DNA from: an uncultured Akkermansia sp.
GTDB lineage: Bacteria > Verrucomicrobiota > Verrucomicrobiia > Limisphaerales > UBA9464
Direction of reading: 5' to 3'
DNA: 64,000 nucleotides
Assembly (NCBI GenBank): GCA_964430505.1
Contig: CAYSGH010000016.1
Span: 499-64,498, forward strand
Under the pieces are notes generated by a model. The model worked only from the letters and a program-made list of their open reading frames with translations. It did not search any database and was not told the DNA's origin. How positions within the stretch are numbered: the first letter of the stretch is position 1; every line of letters starts with the position of its first letter. Below, piece after piece: positions 47,301 through 56,183 of this stretch. The translations under genes were made by a program, and so were the position numbers.

Positions 47301-49163
47301 CGACGTGGCGCCCGCGATGGGAACGCCGTTGCTCCGCCACTGCCACGAGGTGGCGTCGTTGTCCACCGTCGTCACCGAGAAGGAGACGGGGCGACCCTCG
47401 GTGATGGACTGGGAGGCGGGTTGCTGGGCGATGCGCGGCGGCGTCGCGGGCATGAGGATCAGGTAGTCGTAGTCGCCGCTGCTGGGGTTCATGCGCAGCG
47501 TGACGGTGCCGCCCAACGAGAGGGTGCGGGTGGTGCCGGAGCCGTCGCGAAGGGGCACCAACCGGTTGGCCCCCCATGCGCCGGTGCCGTCCCCCACGAA
47601 GGTGCCGAGGTCCTGCACGGTTTGGTTGGCGACGTTCGGGGCCGATGTGACCCGCTGGAGACTGCCTTGCAAGGCTCCCGGCGAACCCTCGCCGTGGCTC
47701 AACGCGGCGAGGACGCGGTAGCGGCCGAACGGGACGGTGCGCGTGTAGTTGTACCATTGCCCGCCACCAATCCAGCCCAGGCGGAAGTTGGTGGTCATGG
47801 TCCACGCGCCCTCGCCGCGCACGAGGTCGGGGTTCTCGGTCATGGGGATCCGCGAGTCGCCACGGTAAGCGGGGCTGGATCCGTCAGGAGAGCGGTTGAA
47901 GTCCACCCCGATCGTGGCAACACGGCCCGCGTAGGCTCCGCCCGTGTAGGGCATGACGGAGGCCACCGGAAGGGCCTGGCCGGCGTCGAAGTTGAAGTCC
48001 TCGGCCTCGATCAGGAACGGGCGGGTGGCGACCGTGGTGAGCGTGGCGCTCGTGTTGGGGGCGACCACGTTGGGCGTCTGCGCGCGGTCCGGGACGTTGT
48101 TGACGGTCAGGACGTAGGTCGTGCCAGAGGTCAGGGCGGCGGTCGCGAGAAGGAGGCGGTTGGGGCCACTGGCCGGTTGCGAGACTCCGGTGACGGCCAG
48201 CGTGGGCGCCAAGCTGAAGCTGGCGGAAGCCGCCCCGGCCGGGGGACGAACGGGCTCGCTGAACACGAGCTCGACGGTCTTCTCGTCCGTGAACGTGGCC
48301 GAGACCAAGGTCGGGCGAGTGGTGTCGGCGGTGACCGTCAGGGTGGCGTTGGCGGACGCAACGGTGCCCAGCGCGTTGGTCAGCAGGGCGGAGAACACGG
48401 CGCCGTTGTCCGCCAGGGTGACGGGACCCACCACGAGGGTCTTGGCGGCCACTCCCGGAAGGGGGGTGCCATTCCGACGCCAGATCACCTGTGTCGGGCC
48501 TTGGTTGTCGTAATCGACCTGGAACGTCGCCGTGCCGCCCTCCACCACGGTCACGGGCTTGGGCTGGACGGAAACGCGCGGCGGCTGCGGGCTTTGCCCC
48601 CACGCGATGAATTGGTCGAGGGGGATGGGCGCCTCGTCCTTGCCATCCGGACGCAACCACCGCACGGCGAGGTTGTCGCCGCCGCCGCCCTCCTTCTGGA
48701 GGGCCTCGACGTAGTACGTCCTCCCGGCCACGAGCGGGATGGCCTCGCTCTTCTGCTCCGCGCTTTGCTCCCAGGCGCGCGAGGGCGTCCAGCCACTAAC
48801 CTGCGCGATCTGCCGACGGTTCGAGGGCGAGTCGTCCGTGCTCAGGAACAACGCCGAGGCGTCGTCGCTCGCAATCCAGAACGTGTAGTTCCCCGTCAAT
48901 GGCGCGATGAAGGTCGCCCGGAGACGCTGGCCGTAGTTGTCGTTCCAGTCCGTGGGCGCCTCGAACAACGCCGTCAACGTCTCCGTCAGCGACGGGTTCG
49001 CCGGGTAGGCCGGGTTGTTCGTCAGGTCGGGCAAGGAACTGCCACCAATCCCGAACCAGACCTCGCGCAACATGCTGCCCGCGCGGCCGACCGGGGTGGA
49101 TGCCAACGCCAACCCGAGCAGCAGCCACGACACCCATCGCAACCGACAAAGGGAATGCTTCAT
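38355..49163 (-). CDS. giant (3602 aa) secreted multidomain surface protein: PA14, Ig, CBM-like, 8 lamin-tail domains, CotH kinase-like domain, 4 cadherin-like repeats
   Basis: ATG at 49163 (MKHSLCRLRWVSWLLLGLALASTPVGRAGS) inside ORF 38355..49235. By-eye map in ORF-track numbering. PA14 ~55-205 (GNYTFWIASDDASALFL...GRTYYVEALQKEGGGGDNLAV). Ig I-set plus SbsA-type Ig ~210-400 and ~590-780. CBM-like ~400-590 (IEAEDFNF). ConA-like ~785-965. LTDs starting near 988, 1150, 1280, 2197, 2364, 2519, 3057 and 3399, each with (V/I)(L/I)NE..., F(V/I)E(L/I).N and an L.GW.L-type block. CotH ~1726-2060 (nt ~43050..44070). Cadherin-like repeats 2673-3056. Galactose-binding-like ~3215-3390. C-terminal module ~3555-3626. 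Confidence 0.9.
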   Translation of the reverse strand: MKHSLCRLRWVSWLLLGLALASTPVGRAGSMLREVWFGIGGSSLPDLTNNPAYPANPSLTETLTALFEAPTDWNDNYGQRLRATFIAPLTGNYTFWIASDDASALFLSTDDSPSNRRQIAQVSGWTPSRAWEQSAEQKSEAIPLVAGRTYYVEALQKEGGGGDNLAVRWLRPDGKDEAPIPLDQFIAWGQSPQPPRVSVQPKPVTVVEGGTATFQVDYDNQGPTQVIWRRNGTPLPGVAAKTLVVGPVTLADNGAVFSALLTNALGTVASANATLTVTADTTRPTLVSATFTDEKTVELVFSEPVRPPAGAASASFSLAPTLAVTGVSQPASGPNRLLLATAALTSGTTYVLTVNNVPDRAQTPNVVAPNTSATLTTVATRPFLIEAEDFNFDAGQALPVASVMPYTGGAYAGRVATIGVDFNRSPDGSSPAYRGDSRIPMTENPDLVRGEGAWTMTTNFRLGWIGGGQWYNYTRTVPFGRYRVLAALSHGEGSPGALQGSLQRVTSAPNVANQTVQDLGTFVGDGTGAWGANRLVPLRDGSGTTRTLSLGGTVTLRMNPSSGDYDYLILMPATPPRIAQQPASQSITEGRPVSFSVTTVDNDATSWQWRSNGVPIAGATSASFTLPAASLSANGAQFSVVVGNDIGGTTSADAVLGVVADVVPPTLVRAYNVGLDTVVLEFSEPILPSSLPLASAYQITGGATLLSAAQGNAPQRIQLNVANLAVGTRYTVTVNGVTDRAAAANPLAANATIAFFASELSPANLGSEAVGATVVRADAGAFELTARGGDVGGTADVAGFGWQAVSGNFDLRVRVTMLDAADPFATAGLMARSGLGSNAPFAGVFASTPRAGVFFESRNAASAVANAASIRGGFPVNHPFTWLRLRRVGNDFTGFASLDGSRWTQLGAVNAAMPAQLSVGLSLAGRNADVTAVARFADLGPAPAPTTAPFVPTREGLGVSSRRTRVVLSEIHYNPAASGPGSGPEFVEVFNASDIAEDLSGWSLRGGISYTFPPGTHLAGGQFLVVSADPGVTRTRTGLARVLGPFTGSLNNGGDVIELRDELGAQKLYLEYDNRAPWPVAADGSGHSLVLVNPSFGEADPRAYAASAVRGGNPGAPDPIVVDPSDAVVLNELLAHTDPPLVDFVELYNRGPNPVALDGWVLTDDVRTNRYRFPAGTTLAPRAFLALDESALGFRLNAAGETVFLVSSNGLRVVDVIRLDAQENGVSFGRAPDGAPEPRRLAGRTPGAANDPRRLEDMVINEIMYNPISQDDADEFVELHNRSGAPVDLSGWRLSDAVSFTFPQGVTVPAGGFVVVGADRARLLSNHTSLPPAIVHGNWSGSLRNRGERITLSKPDEILSTNDLGEVTSRTVAIPVGEVAWRDGGRWGKWADGGGSSLELIDPRADPLRAPSWADSDESGKAPWQEFSVNDVLRFGSQTPDWVHLGMLGAGECLVDNVEVLGPTGLALLSNGGFEAGSGTAATGWTFGGHHSRSRVEATGAFAGSRVLRVIAPGDLDAGRNCVRAPISGGLNNDVRGTMRLRARWVAGWPELLMRTRGGGLEMTARMAVPRNLGTPGQPNSRLVANAGPGIHNVSHAPAVPDAGQPVVVTARVSDPDGLSSVNLRFRSGSTGAFSTTAMRDDGLLGDAVAGDGVWSATITGRSAGSLVQFRIEAADGAPSVAWSTFPSGPVIAGLPAVAEANVRWGDPVPFGTYEHIHSWTTPEVDNALNADGLDNTFRDGTLVHGNVRVIYNAGIRRKGSPFTGQADFAVTVPRDDRLLGVTDRVFGLTGNGGEEPTFLRNQMAQWFTRRMGLPYLHAHYIRFFRNGNPHGAVGEDLEQPNNNYAEAWYPDAPEGDLHKVAFWFEFNSGGGFDVVGADLGDYRNPNGQFNLSRYRWNWQGRPNGTTANDFTNFLALVSAANNRSTNYEAVVSNVADMEQWMTMFALDGCMGNWDTWGTGNSQNKYVYYPPGGRWVILPWDMDWVLGAGDGPGRRLFDGNDGNVNYMFAWPAFRRMAWRAYAQAVAGPFQPSQYQPQFDARSASLAFNRINASGPLGIASYLDARREVVRQQIAASDAASFAITVPANGTLASPTPVATVEGIAPFAAADILVNGRTVPTEWIDPQRFRLRIPLSAATNALVLTATDRSGHAIPGMAANVTVTYAGAFQRASDFVVLNEVQYNGPASGTSFVELHNRSTSSAFDLSGFDLEGVGYTFPPGSVLAPGAFLVLARDRVAFASAYGASVPVFGEFPGSLDNGGERIALWQNVGTNRVLVTDVRYDNRLPWPTNADGLGPSLQLIDPSRGSWRVGNWATTATNAANAATPGRANATAQSLAAFPSLWLNEVLPGNLSGPADNFGDRDPFIEIINTGPAAVSLSGLFLSDSVTNLVQWAFPAGLSIPAGGILTVWADGEPGESTATIPHTSFRLNPTNGVVALSRRQGTANAPAAIDYLAWDLLPQGRAFGSVPDGEPRTRRILFNPTPGGTNDPSTPRVDVFINEFMAQNTRTVTDPADGDFDDWIELHNAGTQPVDLAGYYLTDNLTNALASMFRIPGGYAIPPGGFLLVWADNETAQNQPTNAGLHAAFALARSGEQIGLFDPAGNLVDGFSFTAQTNDVSMGRFPDASAPPLFAMESPTPGAANVIAGANRPPVLNPVASLNVPEQAEATFTAVASDPDAGQSFAFSLGSDAPPGSSIHPVTGAFRWTPSESDGPGTFSFLVRATDNGAPPRTGTTRVAINVAEVNRPPVVPEVTEANAGEGQLLSIGLPASDPDLPANTLAFAVDGPVPDGLSLSPTGQLTWIPDESRGGSVVTVAFRVTDNGTPPLSATGLVRVNVAEVNNPPNFPQPAPVTIDELTRLDLPLVAADPEGSPVRFSLEGTVPAGLAIDASAGRISWTPTEAQGPGSYVVLVRARDTSPEQASVVREVLINVREVNQPPVLAPVPVLVVDEGQRIAVRAVASDADLPRQTLRFSLEPGAPAGATINPETGDLEWRLPDDMGASTNRVTVRVTDDAMPNLSATRVVEVVTRARPKLVINEVLRRPQTPGTQFIEIFNRSTNTPWDISGMELVGSSIRFAFPSGTVLAPAAQVVVVQNVAAFRAAFGNGPNVAGAWTGGLGTQFDSIVLRTPASASQPSEILDRLDYDSGYPWAGGTAATNASLQLVDARQDRNRPGNWAVSGAFTGSRNLIRFTDAWRYFQDGPPVSGTNWRTAGFNDSAWFSGEGLHYVENAALPTNKTTALALGQSTYYFRRKVTLPALPPDASLQLTVCLDDGYVLWINGRRAHSLGMDESVDPTHDTFANRVVGDAAFEGPFTLPASLLVPGENTFAVEVHQANVGSSDVVFGLELVLQGGSNSPSTPGAPNNVVASLPEFPPLRINEVVARNTSGLADATGTTEPWIEIVNTSAFPVALDGVFLSDADVAPFKWPFPQGATLPPLGYLVVFADGEPEQSRPNELHANFRLPLTGGAQLRLALTRSVNGQANTIDWFTAQIPSALNTAVGLQPDGAAGSYVVAKPTPMASNGEPASGEPTFGIPTFGPDGRVTLQLRGTPGRRYRIESSTDLGSWWSEAEWTATSSGLTFSVDAGAADQPVLFRAVEVR
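40075..41219 (-). repeat. four tandem ~96-aa cadherin-like repeats inside the giant gene
   Basis: The units start with NRPPVLNPV (codon at 41219), NRPPVVPEV (40931), NNPPNFPQP (40643) and NQPPVLAPV (40358). Each contains ...A.D.D...L.FSL....P.GA.I....G...W.P.E...G......V...D.G.P.LS.......I.V.EVN. Confidence 0.75.
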
Positions 49164-49238
49164 GTGAAACCAAGGCTGAATCAGCACAAACCGTGCTAGG
49201 AAACTCCAACGCCGACACCGCCAGACTGCGGACAAGCC

Positions 49239-49745
49239 TTACGACGTCAAACCGTCGCCCGGGGCCAGATCGCAGGCCGCGACGGCGTCCCCCACGCGCG
49301 CCTCGCCCGACTCCAACACGACGGCGATGACCCCTTGGCAAGGCGGCTCCATCAACGCGCGCAGGCCCGGTTGCATGGCGTCCATCTTCGCGCAGGGGTC
49401 TCGATGCTGGACCACCTCCAGCCGCATCGTCCCCACGCGCAAGTCCTTCCCCACCAAGGCCGAAAGATCAATCCCCTCCGTCTCGATGTTGGCCCGCGCC
49501 TGGCCGGGCTCGATGGGGCCGCAGCCCAGCCGCGCCGCATGGGCCGCCAAAACCTCCCGCTCGATCAAGGTCACCTGCCTGCGGCCCGGCTGGCCCGTGC
49601 GGCGGCTCCGTCGGCCATAGTACCGCCTGTCTCCAACGAGACCCTTGCCCGCAACCGCCTTCACCTCGGTCACCGAGACCAACGGAGCCCCGCCCTGGGC
49701 AGGGTGAAGGTGCAAGGAAGAGATCCTGCCGGGGGCGGGTCTCAT
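49239..49745 (-). CDS. MOSC domain-containing protein
   Basis: Last 168 codons of ORF 49239..50246, from the ATG at 49745 (MRPAPGRISSLHLHPAQGG...). VAGKGLVGDRRY, QVTLIEREVL, RANIETEGIDL, RDPCAKMD (conserved Cys). Its ATG overlaps the upstream stop (ATGA). Confidence 0.8.
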   Translation of the reverse strand: MRPAPGRISSLHLHPAQGGAPLVSVTEVKAVAGKGLVGDRRYYGRRSRRTGQPGRRQVTLIEREVLAAHAARLGCGPIEPGQARANIETEGIDLSALVGKDLRVGTMRLEVVQHRDPCAKMDAMQPGLRALMEPPCQGVIAVVLESGEARVGDAVAACDLAPGDGLTS

Positions 49746-51121
49746 GCGTTGCGCAACGCCGCCCAGAGATACCACGCGCCACCCGCCGACACGAGCAGCG
49801 AGCCCCAGAGGTAAATCTGGGCGGAAAGCCTCCCGGGCAAAGACGGCGACCCGGAAGTGGGATCCGTCCCCACGTGTCGCTCGAGCGCCTTGAGGATCCC
49901 GAACATTGGTGCGCCAAACGCCAGATGCCCCAGCTCGACCCCCAGGCTGAAGGCCACAATGGGCACCGCCAACCCCAAGCCCGAGGCTTTGCCCAGCCCA
50001 TCCGCCAGCCCCCCGGCAAAACCGATGCCATGGATCAGTCCAAAGCCAAACGCCACGAGCATGCGCCCGAGGCCCTGGGCGTGCCCGGGAGCCAGCAGGT
50101 TCTCCAGCCCCACCACCACGATGCTCCCGGCAATGACAGGCTCGACGATCCAAGAGGGCATCGACAACCACCCCACCGTCGACAGCGTCACCGTGATCGA
50201 GTGCGCCACCGTGAAGACGCCGATGATCGCCAACAGACGCCTCCAACTCTTTGCCGCCAACGTCAACGCCGCCAGGAACATCAGGTGGTCGTATCCCGAC
50301 GCCACGTGGTGCAGCCCATGGCGCAGGAACCCCACGAATCCCGATACCGTCGGGGCGGCGTCTGCCGGCGCGTCCATCAGGGAAACTCCCGGCGCCGACG
50401 GCGTGGCGGAAGCCGGCGCGGCGGCCGGGACTCCAGCGCCCGCCGACGAGGCCGGTGCTCCCGGCGACGGCTCCGGAGCCCGCTCGTTGGCCATCGCAGC
50501 CAGCGTGACCTCGACATCCTGACCGACCCGCACGACCCCCTCGCCCAACACGCGTCGAAGGGGGTCCGTCACCGCAAGCACATGGGAGACATCCCAGGGA
50601 ATGCCGGGCGCAAAGCTCAGCCCCTTCAGCACGTCATGGGCAAACCGCAGGAGCACAGGTCCCGGAGCCGGCGGGATTTCAGCCGCCAGATCATACGCTG
50701 CATGACGTCGCTCGGGCGCCTCGTCGTCGGTGCCCGTCCCGACCTCCCCCACGAGGAGCGTGTAGTCGAGCACCTCGATCGGCAGCCGCGCTCCTCGGGC
50801 GAACACATGCAGGTGCTCCGAGACATAGGCCGCATGGTTGGAAAGGGCCAAGATCACCGACGCTGGATGCAGCAGTTGCGTCGGCTTCAGGCCTTGGATG
50901 ACGGCCACCTCGCGCAACGTGACCGTGGCTCGCATCGCCAGTCGATTGGACACCGCCACCACCTGCCAGCGGTTTTGCAAGAAGGGGTGGGCTTGGACCG
51001 GGTTCAGTGCCACCGCCATCGCCACGGCCAGCAGCATCCACACCGGCAACAGGACCCGCGTTCTCCAGCCTTGCCGCTCGCATCGCGTCCGACCTCCAAC
51101 CACTCCTTCATCCACATCCAT
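49742..51121 (-). CDS. HupE/UreJ-family membrane protein with a ~260-aa N-terminal extracytoplasmic extension
   Basis: 459 aa. Signal or anchor RTRVLLPVWMLLAVAMAVALNPVQA, then a soluble domain, then a Pro/Ala-rich linker (ERAPEPSPGAPASSAGAGVPAAAPASATPSAPG), then the HupE core (FLRHGLHHVASGYDHLMFLAALTL..., five more TM helices, GFGLIHGIGFAGGL). Confidence 0.7.
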   Translation of the reverse strand: MDVDEGVVGGRTRCERQGWRTRVLLPVWMLLAVAMAVALNPVQAHPFLQNRWQVVAVSNRLAMRATVTLREVAVIQGLKPTQLLHPASVILALSNHAAYVSEHLHVFARGARLPIEVLDYTLLVGEVGTGTDDEAPERRHAAYDLAAEIPPAPGPVLLRFAHDVLKGLSFAPGIPWDVSHVLAVTDPLRRVLGEGVVRVGQDVEVTLAAMANERAPEPSPGAPASSAGAGVPAAAPASATPSAPGVSLMDAPADAAPTVSGFVGFLRHGLHHVASGYDHLMFLAALTLAAKSWRRLLAIIGVFTVAHSITVTLSTVGWLSMPSWIVEPVIAGSIVVVGLENLLAPGHAQGLGRMLVAFGFGLIHGIGFAGGLADGLGKASGLGLAVPIVAFSLGVELGHLAFGAPMFGILKALERHVGTDPTSGSPSLPGRLSAQIYLWGSLLVSAGGAWYLWAALRNA

Positions 51122-51133
51122 CGGCTTCCCTTC

Positions 51134-51916
51134 TCATCCAATCGACAGCGCGTGTCGCCCCTTGCGCCTCAGCAGCCGCACCGGCGCGCCAAAGGTCTCG
51201 GAGAGCAGCCGGGTGCGCAGCGTCGTGGCCATCGGCCCGGCAGCCACCACCGCCCCCTCCCGCAACAGCAAAACGTGGCGAAAGCACGGGACGATCTCCT
51301 CGACGTGATGCGTGACGAGCACGAGGGACGGTCCGTCCGGCGTGGCTGCGAGGCGCTCCACGAAGCCGAGGAACAACTCGCGCGCGACGGGATCCAACCC
51401 CGCACAGGGCTCGTCGAGGATGAGCAGGCGGGGCCGCGGCATCAGGGCACGGGCGATGAGGACCCGTTGCCGCTCGCCCTGCGACAAGACCGCCCAGGGC
51501 CGCTTCTCGAGGTGCAGGCATTCGACCTGGTCCAGCAGTTCCAACGCGCGCCTCCGGTCGGTGGGGCTGGGCCTCCCCCAAAAGTCGATCATCGCGTGCT
51601 TGCCGCTGGCCACGGTCTCCAAGGCGGGCTCCGTGTCGGCCATCATCTGGCGGATGGACGAGGAGACGATGCCCACCTGAAGCCGGAGCTGGCGCCAGTC
51701 CGACTCCCCATAACGTTCGCCCAGCAGGTCGATGTCGCCGGACGTGGGCATGAAGTAGCCGGTGAGCGCGGCCAGCAGGGACGTCTTGCCGCAGCCATTC
51801 GGGCCGAGGATCACCCAATGCTCGCCGGGCATCACGCGCCACGAGACGTCGCGCAGGATGGCGGTGCCATCGCGCTGGATGGAAAGCGACTGGATGTCGA
51901 GGACGGCGGTGCTCAC
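51134..51916 (-). CDS. ABC transporter ATP-binding protein (no permease gene adjacent; ModF/YlmA-like)
   Basis: GTG at 51916 overlaps the upstream stop (GTGA) and is in frame with ORF 51134..52165. Walker A GPNGCGKTS. Signature LSQGERQR. Walker B LLILDEPCAGLD. H-loop VTHH. Confidence 0.85.
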   Translation of the reverse strand: MSTAVLDIQSLSIQRDGTAILRDVSWRVMPGEHWVILGPNGCGKTSLLAALTGYFMPTSGDIDLLGERYGESDWRQLRLQVGIVSSSIRQMMADTEPALETVASGKHAMIDFWGRPSPTDRRRALELLDQVECLHLEKRPWAVLSQGERQRVLIARALMPRPRLLILDEPCAGLDPVARELFLGFVERLAATPDGPSLVLVTHHVEEIVPCFRHVLLLREGAVVAAGPMATTLRTRLLSETFGAPVRLLRRKGRHALSIG

Positions 51917-52653
51917 TTGCGGAGGTAATCCAGGATCTGGCCCGGGAAGTAGGGCAGCGCACGCGCCACCTCCCTGAGCATGCGGGGGCTCATCTGGGAC
52001 GGAACGGTGGCGCGCACGTAGGCGCGAGGGTGAACCAAGTCGCGCGGCCATGGGCGGGCCGCCTGCTCCGCCATGGGGAAGTCCGGAAGCCGCGGCGTCC
52101 GCACAAAGGCAAACATGTTCTGGACATACCACCACGCCACGTCCTCGCGTTCCCAGAGCTGCCACCGAAGGCAGTCGATGGGCGTGAACCCCTTCTTTTC
52201 AAAAAGCGGGAGCCAATAGCTGGGCCATTGCTCGTTCACGTGGTGCGTCCCCCCCTGTCCGGGGACGGCGGCGCTGAAGACGACCACGTCGCCCAGGTCG
52301 CAAAGGTTCGATACAAACGACGGGCCGCGGGACGGATCGAGGTGCTCGGCGACTTCCAGGCAGTTCACCAGGTCGAAGCGCCGGCCCAACGCCAGCGGCT
52401 GGGACAGGTCCCGGCGCTCGAAGCGGTCCGGCGGGATGAGAAGCTGCTCGTCCCGAACCACGTGGCCATCGATGCCTAGGACCTCGCACCCGGCCTCCGC
52501 GTACGCTCGCGCCCAGGTTCCGGAACCGCATCCGACGTCCACGACGGAACGCGCCGGGAACATCCGGAGGACCAAGGGCACGACGGCCCGGGCGGAGGTG
52601 GCCGAATCCTCCTTGAGGCCCTCATAGTAACGGCTGGAATAGGGAGAGGGCAT
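51913..52653 (-). CDS. class I SAM-dependent methyltransferase
   Basis: ATG at 52653 (MPSPYSSRYYEGLKEDS...) inside ORF 51913..52770. Motif I VVDVGCGSGTWA. DLVNCLEVAEHL. VVFSAAVPGQGG. Confidence 0.75.
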   Translation of the reverse strand: MPSPYSSRYYEGLKEDSATSARAVVPLVLRMFPARSVVDVGCGSGTWARAYAEAGCEVLGIDGHVVRDEQLLIPPDRFERRDLSQPLALGRRFDLVNCLEVAEHLDPSRGPSFVSNLCDLGDVVVFSAAVPGQGGTHHVNEQWPSYWLPLFEKKGFTPIDCLRWQLWEREDVAWWYVQNMFAFVRTPRLPDFPMAEQAARPWPRDLVHPRAYVRATVPSQMSPRMLREVARALPYFPGQILDYLRK

Positions 52654-52670
52654 GGTCCGGGGCTCGGGCT

Positions 52671-53969
52671 TCAGCCGCGCCGATAGGCCTCGGCGAGCAG
52701 GGTGACGGGGTGGACGACGCGGACGTTGGCCCCGCGTTGCCGGAGACCGTTCAACACCTGGAGGAGGCACCCCGGGTTGCCGGTGGCGACCACGGAGGCC
52801 CCGGTGGAGAGGACATGGTCCACCTTGCGCTCAAGCAGGCGTCCGGCCATCTCCGGCTGGGTGAGGTTGTAGATGCCTGCCGAGCCGCAGCACCACGACG
52901 CCTCGGGCAGCTCGACCAAGCGCAGGTTGGGAATGGCGCGCAGGAGCTTCCGCGGCTGGGCCGACACCTTCTGCCCGTGGCACAGGTGACAGGACTCGTG
53001 GTAGGTGACCGCCTGCGGAGGCTGGCTGGGGGACGGAGCAGCCACCCCGATCTCGGCCAGCCACTCGGCGACGTCCTTGACCTTCTGGTCCCACAGCAGC
53101 GCGGCGGCCGCGTGGCGCGGGTCGTCGTGCAGGAGCTTGTGGTAATGCTTGAGATGCGAGCCGCACCCGCCGGCGTTGGTGATGATGGCGTCGAACCCGC
53201 CGGGCGGGAATTGGGCGAGGTTGCGGCGGGCCAGCTCCTGCGCGAGCCCCCATTCGCCGTTGTGGGCATGGAGCGAGCCACAGCAGGACTGGTGCGGCGG
53301 CACGTGCACCTCGCATCCGTTGCGGGCAAGGACCTCGGCGGTGTCCCGGTTGACGTCCGAGAAGATGAGGTCCTGCGCGCACCCGGTGAGGAGCGCGACC
53401 TTGAACCGCCGCGTGCCCGCCGCAGTCACGACCGGCGCGATCATTTCTTCGGAGTATCGCGGCTGGACGGCGGGGGTCATGGCCTCCAGTTCGCGGAGGC
53501 GGCCGGGCAGCAGACGGGTGATGCCGGAGGACCGGACGAGGTCTTGGAGGCCGGTTTCCTGCCACAGGCGGAGTGCGGAGCCAACGGCCTGGAGGCGGCC
53601 ATGGTCCATGAAGAGCCATTCGAGGGTGGCCTTGCGCACGACGTCGCGACGCGGGGTGTCAAGGACTCCGCGGGCCTCGACCTCGGCGCGGGCGTGCTCG
53701 AACAGCTCGGCGTAGTTCACGCCGGCCGGGCAGGCCGTCATGCACGCGAGGCAACCGAGGCAGAAGTACATCTCCTCCCCGAAGGCAGGCGTGACCGGCA
53801 GCCGGTCGTCGGCGATGGCGCGCATCAGGGCGATGCGGCCCCGGGGGCTGTTGCGCTCCAGCTTGGTGGCGTCGTAGGTGGGGCACGTCGGCAGGCACAG
53901 GCCGCAGTGCATGCACTGCTGCACCACCGAGTAATCCAGGTCCTTGAGGTGCGACGCCGGGGCGGTCAT
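52671..53969 (-). CDS. glcF: (Fe-S)-binding protein, glycolate oxidase subunit GlcF-like (two 4Fe-4S motifs plus two CCG domains)
   Basis: CMHCGLCLPTCPTY and CLGCLACMTACPAG, then CCGS...G and CCGSAG CCG-type motifs. 432 aa. No glcD or glcE in the window. Confidence 0.8.
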   Translation of the reverse strand: MTAPASHLKDLDYSVVQQCMHCGLCLPTCPTYDATKLERNSPRGRIALMRAIADDRLPVTPAFGEEMYFCLGCLACMTACPAGVNYAELFEHARAEVEARGVLDTPRRDVVRKATLEWLFMDHGRLQAVGSALRLWQETGLQDLVRSSGITRLLPGRLRELEAMTPAVQPRYSEEMIAPVVTAAGTRRFKVALLTGCAQDLIFSDVNRDTAEVLARNGCEVHVPPHQSCCGSLHAHNGEWGLAQELARRNLAQFPPGGFDAIITNAGGCGSHLKHYHKLLHDDPRHAAAALLWDQKVKDVAEWLAEIGVAAPSPSQPPQAVTYHESCHLCHGQKVSAQPRKLLRAIPNLRLVELPEASWCCGSAGIYNLTQPEMAGRLLERKVDHVLSTGASVVATGNPGCLLQVLNGLRQRGANVRVVHPVTLLAEAYRRG

Positions 53970-54020
53970 GGGATGCGGGAAGCTCCGATGGCCGTGTTCA
54001 TGTCAGCATGGTGCCAAGGG

Positions 54021-56183
<2,163 letters not shown>

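Noticed and set aside
39514-49199. Three very long alternative-frame ORFs inside the giant gene (39514..43344 minus, 40767..44732 plus, 44832..49199 plus; 1276-1455 aa)
   Set aside because: They are Arg/Gly/Pro-dominated with no domains. They exist only because stop codons are rare in off-frames of GC-rich coding DNA. The 38355..49163 frame carries all the recognisable domains.
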